The notes beneath the pieces were generated by a model that did not search any database, had not been told where the DNA came from, and saw nothing but the letters and a program-made list of their open reading frames with translations. The position numbers were made by a program, and so were the translations under genes. From positions 1,961,373 to 2,025,372 of the forward strand of contig CAJINV010000009.1 of NCBI GenBank assembly GCA_905178155.1: a stretch of DNA of 64,000 nt, given 5' to 3'. Shown piece after piece: positions 11,101-22,600 of this stretch (position 1 is its first letter; each line of letters opens with the position of its first letter). The DNA is from Amoebophrya sp. A120 (lineage: Eukaryota > Protista > Dinoflagellata).

Positions 11101-12953
11101 GGGTTCATGGCGACCAGCTGCTGCTTTTTGCGATTCGCCTCCTGTTGCGCAAGGAGCGCTCGTCGCTGCGCCTCTTGCATCTGCCACTGCAAAGTCTGGA
11201 CGCCATTCACCAGTTCCAGTTGCCGCTGCTCCCACTGGTAATTGGGGTGGTCTTCTACCTCGGCCTCGAAAGCAGTCTTCCGGCAATTTTCCTGGGTCAG
11301 GTTCGTGTGAAACACAGGCAAAGCGGTCAAATACGACGATTCACGAATCTCTTCGCTCTCGGCGTGGGCGTCCGGGAAATGCAGGTTTTCCTCGGGCTTT
11401 TTCTCCAGCTCCGGTTTCATTTTCGCATGAATCTCCATCTTTGCGATTGTACTTGCTCCCACCTTGCTGCTCGCGTGGATTTTTTGCACTATGCGCCAGT
11501 TCGCCAGTCGCGAGAGGTACCAAGGAGCTCCGCAGTGGTCCACCTCGTGTTCTTCAGTCGCTGCATTGGGCGCAACCGCTCCCGTTCCCGCGTCTTGCAT
11601 CTTGACGTTTCCGCCATCGTCAACTGCATTTGCTCTGAATTCAGCCTTTTCGTTTGCGATCTTCTGTTGCGTGTTTGTCGAGAGGTCTTCCTTTGTGCGC
11701 ACCTTCTGACTCCGCACGATGAACTGTCCTGTCGAAATAGCGATGTCGTCGCGAAAGACGGGGCGCCACTGATGCAAGGGTTCTTGTGGGTCTTCGCGAT
11801 GCAAATCTTCCATGCCACCCTGACCGTTAGACAGAGAGGTGGACGGTACAGCCCCTCCAACTCCGAGAACAGCCGGGACCTTCGACGAGCTGGCTGCGGC
11901 ACCAACTCCCGCAACTACTGACGCTGGCGGTACTAGTAGAGCACCTTGACTAGTCAGGACAGCACCTGGCACAGCAGCGGGCCCTCCTGCGCCAAGCGCA
12001 CCGCTTCCGGCGAAAGCTCCCGTTCCTGGATTGGCAGCGAAAGGCTGCTGCATTCCGAAACCCATCTTCATCTGCATAGTCGGGACTGGTTGACGAGCAC
12101 CGGCGGGTACTGCCAGTTGAGGATGCTGCACCAGGTGCGCAGGAAGCGGGTTTGCGACAGGCACAGCAACCCCCGCACCGCGCTGGGGCGGAACAAAAGT
12201 AGTCGCACTCGTGGTTCCGGGGCGCTTTGCGTTTGCCGAGAGTACAACTTGTTGCCCAAGGACTCCTGTGGAAGAACCAACACCAAGTGGAGCAGCTGCC
12301 GCCACGTTCACGACGGCTGCGGTCGATCCAGGCAAAGGGCGTCCGATCGTTGCAGTAGACGATGAAGATGCAGCTCCTCCTCCTTGAACTAAGCTAGCTT
12401 GTTGCAGTGCCGGATTCTGAACAACTTTTTTCCCTGGCCGCAGCTGCTCACTGTTGTCGTTCTTCAGTTTTTTGTCGACGCCCCCATCTTCAAGCTCAGA
12501 CATGTCCAGGTTATCGAACAGGCCATCAAACTCGTCCCCGGCATTTCCGTCCATCATGCCTGTGGACTTGGTTTTGTCGTCCCGGTTCTGGTGGTTTGAG
12601 TTCACGTAATCGCCTTGCTCCTCAGGAGCTAGTACTACGTTGCTGCTCTTTTTTGCGTTTTCCGACAACGACGAAACCTCTACCTCTGCTGAGCAGGTAC
12701 GAGCGTGATCCTCGTGTGCCTTGAAGGAACTCGGCTCGGAGGACGGTGGTCGCGGGGTGGAGGTAGTACTACTTGCGGCGGTCGTGGCTCGGGAAAAATC
12801 GTGACCTTGTTCTATTTCCTCTCGCCTGAAACCGCAGCGACGCGGAGAGGTGCTGGCAGCCCCCTCACCAGAAGCACTTGTAGAGGTACAACGACCGCAG
12901 AAGTCTTTGGTATTTCCCGCGTCTTTTATTCGGTCCTCACTGGAGGACGTCAT
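8104..12953 (-). CDS. Large low-complexity protein with C-terminal GCN5-like GNAT acetyltransferase domain
   Basis: Predicted exons ~12953-10326, ~10051-9464, 8892-8607 and 8366-8104. GT-AG introns 9463-8893 and 8606-8367 join in frame (IGQY|VKRR; RREG|FKIV). Motif A is VEGQGDG; motif B is TLYPADNDAAPKYWGNLGF (compare Gcn5 TYADNYAIGYFKKQGF). The first intron is uncertain. Confidence 0.7.
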
Positions 12954-15037
12954 GATTTTCAGTACATTTGGATTGTGGTGATCGACACCCCATCGAGAAA
13001 TGGTCGCACTTGTTGACTGCCTTGAAGCGTGCACTTGATGCGGTAGTGAAAAAATAGCGGCCCGGTGGCACTTTTCTCTTCTACGAAAATGATAAAAATC
13101 ATCTATTCGAATTTGAGTGACAAGAAGCAAAAACTGCCGGCTTAGCGGTATATGACCCCATCGAAGAGGACAACCAGAACCGCAGGATGAGCCGCGTGGC
13201 GTATAGGGCGTAAAGCCATAATCTCCTAGAGATGTAGGATGAAAGAGCACTGCGACATTTTGGTGGCTGGCTTATTTCACGATATTTTTGTCCACGGGGA
13301 TCTTTTTTATCATCTTCAAGATGCCCGTCCGCTTGTTTTCACGCACGGGAAATGCCTTTCACAGGAATGAAGGAATGGAGTAAGTGTGTATCTTCGTGGT
13401 CGATCACGACAGAAACGCCAGAAGGCCGTGCTGAAGAGACCACTGACAGGCTCCAAGAAGAGACTGCTTGACCTTTGATGAGACAAGCAGCCCCGCCCAG
13501 ATGAAGTCTTCACTGCTTGCTGGTGTTGTTGTCAACACGATATTTATCATGTCTTGACGTGCGAGCGTAGAAACAAAAATAGTTGCGGTGTGTCACTATA
13601 AGCAGAAATATGCGTATCTTACTCTACTTTTTCAATATTCTCGTGATACTGACATTCTGAAAATTCCTGTGAATTTCTAAAAACGTCTCTAGCCAAATGA
13701 CCACATGTACGAAAAATATTCTCACATTCACAATATCCAGCGCGCTAAACTTTCTGCTGTCTCTTTCGGCCTGTTGTCGTGATCTTTTATAGGTGGGTCT
13801 TTCACAAAAAATGCATCTGCCAAAGGTAGCTCCCTGGTGAGAGACGAGGTAGTTCTGGTCGTTGCTTTTTGCTTTTTTCAAAGACGATCAATTTCTGCAC
13901 GCGGCTCCGCCTACGAGCGTGCTTCTATTGTTCTTTGCAGCTGGTGATCCTACCACGTACATCAATCACGTCGACGACACCTTTGGTATGGTAGCAGGAT
14001 CGATGTCGCCTGCGATGAAGCCACGCCGGCTTTGCTTCTCCGAGGTTAACCCTGCTGCTGGACAACTTTATCGAAAGCGCAACTACTACCGCTACCGGAA
14101 TATTGCAATTTTTGAGGGTCGAAAAAAAGAGCTTCTGAGGATCGGAAAAAAAAGCCTCTCAGGGTTGCCGGAGTCCTGACGTCAGGCTGCGGATCCGACC
14201 CTGCCGAAAGCCTGACCGCACTGCTTCGTCTCGTCGTGAATAGCTAGTAGTAGTACAACCTAAAAAAAAAAGCGGGACTTGGGGGCATTTGGGGGCGATT
14301 TTTCAGAGGATACAGGCTGAGCAATAGCATGATCTGCAAAAAATAAGAGCTCTCGTCATGGTGCACACTGCTGCTACTAGTGCTTGCGCTGGTAGCACAA
14401 AGCCGTACTAGTCGCAGCAGTGTGCGCCATCATGCAGAAGCCTTTTCGCAGCATATCACACCCAAACAAAGAAAAAAAACTGCGGGAGTTGCGGAAGAGA
14501 CGGAGGGGATTTTGTGGAGGAAGGACGGCACGGGCCAGCCTCCGCGGAGGGTACGACTACGACGCCGCTGGGAAGCGGCTGACCCGGAAGATCGAGCTGC
14601 GCCAGCTTTCCGACCACAGCGAAGCCGTCGAGCTGAAAACCGGAAAAGCTTCGCGGACGAAGGCGCTGAAGAACAACACAGCTCTATTTCTATTTTGTTG
14701 CATGGCCACGGGGCTTCTACACTAGTAGTGCCATCCGTGGCACAAGTTTTTGCTCGTCGCGGCCCTGGTCTTCTGGCCCTGGGCAAGAAGATTAGGACGA
14801 GCAGGAGGACTGACAGATGGCGTGGCGGCCCGGGTGGGGACGGGACCCAACCCCCCCGCGGCACGCCGGCCCCCTCATACATTTCTTCATCGGCCGGCCG
14901 CGTCGCCACGGACGTAGAGGCGCTTCCGGGCCGACCTTTTGGGCCGGCTATTCGGCCGGGGCTTGCTTGCTCCGGCTCTCGCCGAGGCTTAAAAAGTAAG
15001 CAAACCGCTTCGCGACGTATGTCCTTTTGGCTCCCGT

Positions 15038-15160
15038 CCGAACTCGAAAAGTAGTCGAATAATACCCGGCAAAGCTCTCGCCCGAACTCGAAAAGTAATC
15101 CATCACATCCGACAAAGCTCTCGCCCGAGCTCGCAAAGTGGTCGAATTAAATTCGACAGA
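15038..15160 (+). repeat. Three ~43-bp direct repeats inside the transposon
   Basis: CCGAACTCGAAAAGTA...CAAAGCTCTCGC units. Confidence 0.75.
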
Positions 15161-15269
15161 AATATTACGAAATATTTCGCGAGGCTCGTGCGAGGCTCGT
15201 GCACGAGCCTCGCGACAGTTTTGAACAAAAAACCACCAAGGTCACACACCTTGGCTGTGGTTTTGGGCT

Positions 15270-15678
15270 CGGTAGTAAAATCGCCAAAATCGCCAACACC
15301 ATGCGGGTTATGTTTCTACTACCGACGCGCGCCATAAAGGAAAATATTCAAAAATAATACATCTTTATTATTTCCAAAAATTTCGGCATTTGTTGTAATT
15401 TCTGAAGTATTTCTCTTGGCTTTCTGAATCGGTAGCAAATTCGCAAAAATCAGCAGCACCATGGTGGTTCTCTTTCTACTACCGACCAAAACCATGGCAA
15501 AAAGTGATCGCTTTCGTGATCAAAAAAATACTCCTTGCGAGTATATTTATTATCTTGGAAACAAATGCACTAAGTTAATTACTTTTTGAGTATTTTTGTA
15601 ATATTCGCACTCGTTGAAAATGTCGGGAGTAGAAAGATTACCCGCATGGTGTGGACGATTTTGGCGATTTTACTACCG
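15270..15678. repeat. Internal 57-bp inverted repeat pair plus a third direct copy
   Basis: 15270-15326 pairs with 15622-15678 (about 5 mismatches); a degenerate direct copy lies at 15430-15486. Confidence 0.85.
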
Positions 15679-18600
15679 GGCCAGAAGTCGACAAAAAAAC
15701 CAACAAAAAGTGAATAAATTCAAGAAAAGTGGCGAGGCTCGGGCCCGAGCCTGGTCAGACGGCCGGAGTATATTAATATACTTACTATCTTGCGAGTATA
15801 CTCATCAGATTCGTGCACAAATATGACGGCGATGATGCGTATATATATCATCAGAATCACGCACAAACATGATGGCGCTGCACTTTTTTCTGTCGGTTCC
15901 TTCGGGCTCGCGATTGTTTCGGCCGGGGTGATGGGTCGCTACCAGATGAACTAAGCTAGCAGCCAACGCGACACCTCTCCAGCCTTTGCGGGCCCCCCGC
16001 CCTGGACTTTGTCGGGCGAAAATGAATCCGGCGCATCTCCCCAGCAAGGGAAGCCGCTGGCCCCGCGACACTAGGTCCGGCGAGCAACACAAGAAGCACC
16101 ACAGGGCGGCCCAGCGTCTTCTTCTACAACGAACTGCAAAAGTAAACACGCACTAGGCTCCCGGCCGACCAGTGTCGTCGCCGCGCGTTGGTTCGGAGCC
16201 GCGAAGCCCGCGGAGTGGGTCATCCACGAGAAAGCACTGATCACGCTGATACTAGAGGGGAGACTAGCTGTGTCCGCGGACGATATCGGGCACCTCGCCG
16301 ACCTCGCGGCTTTGGTGGAAGGCTTGCAAGTTAGTAGCGCAGGCAACAACGCTACTGGTAGACAGCGCTAATGCTCTGGATAAAACTTCAACACCAAGGC
16401 AAGCGCATGCGTGCGATGCAAAAACACAAAAGAGAAAAAAGAGGTTGACCGCAGCAAACTGCGGCTGCTCAACATAGTTCAGCTATGTTGAGCCACAAAC
16501 TGCTGTGGTCAGCCCCTCTTGTCGCTGGTGGTGCATCGCAAACAATCAAACTACTTGCGATGCACCACCAGAAGCAGCGCGCTGGAATCTTCAAAGCCCT
16601 TGCATTCATCACGCATGTCTGCGCTTGTGGCTAATGTGCTAGTTGCAAATTACAACTCACGAAGATGTTGAAGACGAAGTCGTGTGCTCTTATTAGCTAC
16701 GACGATGATGAAGCAGTGCGGTCTTCAGGCTTTCGGCAGGGTCGGATCCGCAGCCTGGCGTCGGGATTCCGGCAACCCTGAGAAGCTTTTTTTTTGGATC
16801 CTGAGCAGCTGTTTTTTTCGACCCTCAAAAATTTGAATATATCGGTAGCGGTAGTAGTTGCGCTTTCGATAAACTTTCAGTTTGGTTTCTTCGTATTCAG
16901 TTATGTAGTTTTGCTCGCGAAATGGGCGCGGAGTCTCCACCGCGTTTCCCCAGTGAACGCGAAAAACGCGATCTGTTACAACGAGAACAAAATGACTATG
17001 TTTGTGGTTATCTTCTAGCTATGCCACTAAGACTAAGGCCTAGGCGATCAATCATGAAGATTCGTCGTAATAAATGAGAGTAAGGCAGCACAGGTGTTGA
17101 TCAAAATTTCAATCGGTTCTGTTAGTTTTCCAGCAGCCCTAATGCTAATATATTTCTCTTCGGCTTGGTGGTATCGCAAAAATGATCTTGTTGACCGTTA
17201 TTCTCATTTAGTATTAGTACAACCCTTACTCAAAGAGAACTTGAACTACGATGATCGAGCATAGTCGACAAAAAAAGTTTGCCTTGTCGTCGTGGCAATC
17301 CTACATACATCCTCTTGAACGCAATCACGAATACATAGGATTTCGTTTGGTATTGTTCGCAAGTATATCGCTACTCGTCGGTTTGCGATCTACCTAGCAT
17401 CGCCTTTGTTCCAACATTCATTAGCAAGAGTCGGTAACAAGGGCTCGACGATGTATTTGTAGTCTTATTTCCACTTCCATTCTAGATCTATAAGTCGGTC
17501 GAATGCAGAAATTATCGAACGAGGCCGCAAATAGAAACAGGATCTCTTATCGCTACTATCGGCCCACTTGTACGCAATGCGAGTCGCAATTATAATCAGA
17601 AGATTAATAGACCCAGCTGTGCTATTTTCTAAGCAAAGAATGATCTTGGCCGTCAAGTAGTGAACATCGCTCCGCTTTTTACGAGCGAGGATCTTCATCT
17701 TCATTCGTGGGCGAGCGTAATAAATAAATTTAGAAAGCAGGGACTTCACAGAATCGTGTGCGCCTTGTCGTCACTCGGAAGGTCGCATACGCATTTCGAA
17801 GAGTCCATAGGAACCGCACACAGGGTGACTCACTTTATTGGAAGATACAGTTTTAGTGTCCGCATTCCCATTGGCGAATTTCAAAACGAACACGAGTCAT
17901 CACCATCATCTTCGTCGAACGATGCCGAAGATGTGTCGCGGTGTTCCACCAAATGCAGGCGCACGTCGTTAACGTTATTCGTGTTTCCTCTTCATCCAGG
18001 TCCTTTTTTTATAAATTTCACTTTTTGTTTTTTCGTGTTTTGAGTTTTTGCAGCTACTGAATCTTCATCTTTGGCTTTGTTTCATTGGTGATTGCATCTG
18101 GCACAGTGCATGCGCAATAGCAAAATGTTCGTCAGTTTCGACACATCAAAATCAAATGTGCTGCAACGTTTTGCCTTGTTGGTGAGAGTGAGACCGCGCG
18201 ACTCTATCATTTCATAGAAAATACGTGGTTTCCTCCAGATGAATGTTGGGCCGAGAAGGAACTATTCCCGAGTAGCTTGCACTACTCAAGAAGTACGCAA
18301 AAATAGGTGGCAATCATAATTAGTAGCCATGTCCTGTTCGTCTGTCATCACCAGATGAACTAGGAGGAGACTTCATGTGAACAGCAACAGTGGCAGATGC
18401 GGCGGAATGTAGTTGTGCATTCGTCAAGCTCGATGTACTAGGTGCTGGTATTCGTATCTATACGTTTTAGAATGCTCTTGAAAGAGTGAGTCACATGTGT
18501 ATGCGAAGTTTTTGAGCGGGTGTAAGAACGTGACAACCCAATACTACAGTGGCTGTGGCTGTATTGATGAAGCTGAGTGAGTAGATAGATGCATCCTATA

Positions 18601-19612
18601 CCACGAAGAAGTGAAAGGCAAAACATCAATCCTACAAAGTCAAACTATACATACAACGTAGCTGTAATCATTTTTGTTGTATTTCAGTACGTTTATTAGA
18701 CTTTGACGGCGTCTGCTTGCTCATCGATCTCCACGCACCGACGGCGTATTTATACTATTTTCCTCCACACGGTGCGTTGTTTGGTCTCGTTTTTCATCAT
18801 GCTCCACCATATTCAAGAGTCTTTCTTTTTTCTAAACATCTTCACAGATGAAGCGAAAAACGTTCAAGGACGCGACGCGTTCAAATTTCCTTGCACCCAA
18901 ACCCATTGCACTTTATTACCGCGTGGGTACGATGCAGCATCCACATTCATAATTGCACCACGCGGAGAAATAAAGTACGCATGGTTCATCTTCGAGCATA
19001 TGCATGCGTCCCGGTGCAGAGCTTGTGTCCGGTACAGCTCCTGCTGTGTATCGTTCGCAGCTTCGGTTGCTGGGGCGGGGGCAAAAGAGCAACCCAAGTG
19101 CGAGGAAACAACAAGTATACTGTAGCGAGTTCTGGTATGCTCAATAAGATGGAAGGTGGTCGTCTTGTTTCATTCATATTCAAATTCATGTCGATGTGTC
19201 GCGGGTGGAAAAGAACAGGTCGAAACTCTGTGAAAATACGCGATGTGTGTGTCGAAACAAGAGGACTTTCTTGTTTCGGAGGTTACACGCGTATGAGAAT
19301 GAGTCGTAGTCGTTCGCTTTCTCTTTAGTACTAGTTGTACAACCAAAATATCATGATTCAGTGCGTCACGAAAAAAGTACTCAACAACCAAGAAAGACAG
19401 AAGTGTGCGTAAAGCAACACATCATGCCGGTGTACGTGTAATTTCAATCTAGAAAACTTAAAACCAAACTCGGTGTGGTCAGACAGCTTGCTCCTGTCCG
19501 GAATACCACCTCGCTGTCTGTCACCCACTAGAGCTTTGTCAAACCTGAAGACTTGAGGAAGATGAACAGCGCGTGTCCCCGACGAAGATGCGAGTGGTGG
19601 TCCGCTGCAGCT

Positions 19613-22600
19613 TTATGCCTTTGACAGCCGCGCTTTCAAGTCTGCGATAAGGTCCTTCAGGCTGAGCACCACAATGTCGCCCGTCAGACTCCCAGTGGTG
19701 GACTTTTTCAGCGGCGGAGCCATTTGCCCGATGGCGTGATCGATCATCAGCAGTGCCATCAGAAACGAAGACAAACTTGCGTACGCTTCTGTTTGATTCA
19801 AGCCATTGTCGGTTGTAAGCAAGCGGAGCTGACCGTGAGCCAGAAAGTCCAGCAAGTACCTGGATGCAAATTCGTTGAGGTTGTATGTGGGAAAGCAGTC
19901 AAAAATAACTAAAACTTTGATCATCATGTGCTCTGTAGTTTCAACATCAACAAAAGTAATGCATGCAATAGAAGTTTCTTGGTGGTGGACATGGGAAAAT
20001 GCACAGTTCATACGTCGAAATCGAAAAACAAATCTGTATACGAATTTCTGCTGTGTTCCAAGTCGATTACTGGTATCGAGTTCATGTCGACCTTTGCGAC
20101 AGAGCTTCGCGTGTTCACGATTGCGTCCCGGTAATTCTCAAAGTGGTCTCCAAGCCCCGTCATGGCACTGAATATGCTCCGTGCTTTAAACTTGCTCTGA
20201 CTCTGCTTGAGCCACTGACTAAACGTGGATTTCGGATTCATCAGGCCCTGATAAGTATGTAAAAAATATTTTTCTTTCGCATTCTACTATTCTGATAGAT
20301 TAGGAGAAATTTCGGAAAATCAAAGTGTCGACCAACCTCGTTGTCGTTCCCCTGATAATTTCTTATTAATCTTACTAGATACTTATTAACTTTTTTCCGA
20401 CAGTCGTGGTCTTTGCACCTTTAAGTCGATCATTAAGATTTTCTGTACCTTTGTGAATTCCGGTTTGTATTCGGACAAGCACTTGACTCCTGTCATCGGC
20501 AGTGTGAAGTCCCCCGGCTGGGTTTCATACTTTTTCGTTGCGCAGGTGGACCAGATGTAGTTCATGTAGGTGTGCGAGATGTCTTCATTGTAAATGAGGA
20601 TCTCCTTTCTGATGCTTTCTGGTAGTGGTGGTAATGACGGGCAGTCTGGGCTGGGCAAATGCTTTCTTCTTGTGATTCTTGAAGACATTGTTTGCGTTCG
20701 CTTCATCATGCCCTGCTCAATGCTCGCGGCGTTCCTCTTTGGCAAGAAGAACTGAGCGAGCACAGCGCACAGCTTCGTGGACACCCAGGTATTTCGGTCG
20801 TCCTTTACCTCCGACTTTTTTGCGTTCTTCAAGTAAGCATGTAGCGCATTAGACCGCAGCAAACGATTCAGCACCAGGTTTGCCGGCTCACACTCGAAAG
20901 AAAAGGCTACGAGGCCGGCGAGGCCAAAGGGCACTCCGTCCGGTGTAATCAGACCTGAAGATGATGATTTGGTGACTGATTCTGCAGCTTAGCGTCTGTG
21001 ACGTCAAGAACCAACAGAGACAGACAACAAGAGCGTCGTCTAAATGAAAAATTGATGAAATATCAATATAGGTGCATCTTCATCAACTACAACAAACAAA
21101 ATTCGAAGTGTTCAAGCGTGTACCTTCTTTGTGCAAGAACTCGAGCGAGTATTTTGCGTGCAAGGCCAACTGCGTTCCGAGCGTTTCGCTGGAGATGGAG
21201 GCCTGGAAGAACGGACACTCAAACAATGGCTGCAGGCATTTCTTGTGTATCATTTCATTCAGCTCAACCTTTCCGCTTTCCTTCACCTCCTGCAGGCCCT
21301 GCTCCCGGACCAGAACCCGGAGCAACGTAGTCGGGGACAAGTTCATTTCTCCGGACAACGTGGGCAGATCCGCCGCTACCAGCTGTGCGATTTTTTCAAA
21401 GGGAACGCCGAAAAAGATCACGTTCCCGAGAAGGTCGAAGCCACGACGACCCCCGCGCCCAGCCATCTGCCGGAACATTAAACCGTTCAGCTCCACGTCG
21501 TTACCGGTGAACACCACCGAGCGGCACGGCATGTTGATTCCGAGCGCGAGTGTGCCGGTGGCGAACACGACTTTCAAAAAGCCTCGACGGAAGAGAACCT
21601 CCACTAACTGCCTGTACTTCGTGGGCATGGACTCGTTGTGCATGCCGATACCGCGCTCCAGCGCTGCGATCAGCATCCTGTCCATGCGCTTGTTCAGCCG
21701 GAGCATTTTAAACTCCTCGTCGATACTGTCCTTCCACTGCCCGTACGCTTTCTCGCTGTGGAAGGAGAATTCGCGGTCGAGCTCATCCTCCACGTTGGGC
21801 AACTTCACCGGTTCCTCGAGGGTCGTCTCGTCGAAGTCCTCATCGTTCGCTTTCAGCTTCAGCTGCGCCTCGTACAGCTTCAACTTCCGGTTGAACTCGG
21901 CCTCACGCTTCGCGTTCTCCTGCTTCGTCGCGGCGCGCGCGTCCTCGGTGCCGAGGTACTTCTCGTACTGCATGTCCTGCATGTGCTTGCAGAGCCCAGA
22001 CATCATCTTTTTCAGGTCTACGCGGTTGAAGTTGAAAATGATGGTTGGCAAGTTTTCGGTCCGGTCGAGCTCCCTCAAAAACTGGTACATCTTTGCCCCC
22101 GATGCGGTTTTTTGCAGCTCCATCTTGGAAACATCCACCGTGCTGGACTGCAAATGTGGGAAGAACCCGCCTGCGCTGCCACCGCCGGGAGTCTTGCTCA
22201 TGCTCTTTTCCAGCTGGGTCTGCACCACCTCGGTTACGGGCCCACCACCAAGCGGTACGGACTGCGTTTTCCCCGCGATCACACTGGTCGCTTTCTGTAG
22301 TTCGTTGTTGTCGGAGGGAGTCGCTGTGTCCGCCGGGGTCTGGGTGTTCGAGGTCACTCCGGGCGTCGACATGTTGCTGAAGGCGAGCTTGGGTAAATTG
22401 TTCTGCAACCCCGGGAGGTTCTTCCTGGGGAGCACTCGAAGAGCGGTAAGCAACATGTTGAATTTGTCCTTGTCGAGCAGCATCTTCTTGCCCTCCTTTA
22501 TTGAGCCCTCGTCTCCGGAATTCATAGACGCCGCCTCGAACTTCTGCGCCATGACGGCCATTTTTCTTTGTCCGGCATCCAGATTCTCCTCCACTTCTTC

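Larger units (their letters stand above)
14069..16871. mobile_element. 2,803-bp TAT...ATA DNA transposon with ~180-bp TIRs; non-autonomous or degraded
   Basis: 14069-~14245 is the reverse complement of ~16693-16871, with the first 29 bp identical (TATCGAAAGCGCAACTACTACCGCTACCG). TSD AACTT at 14064-14068 and 16872-16876. Confidence 0.92.

Noticed and set aside
15038-15160. Repeat-spacer-like pattern resembling CRISPR (also 1290-1370)
   Set aside because: Only three degenerate units, with short and mutually similar spacers, no cas genes and a eukaryotic context.
13862-16940. Two ORFs sharing YRKRNYYRYR...EGRKK (13862-14179 + and 16725-16940 -)
   Set aside because: The shared peptide is just the translation of the two TIR copies.
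17000-19600. Scattered short ORFs; likewise 6700-8000 and 54000-56000
   Set aside because: No recognisable motifs or consistent exon chain; small exons may exist but cannot be supported.
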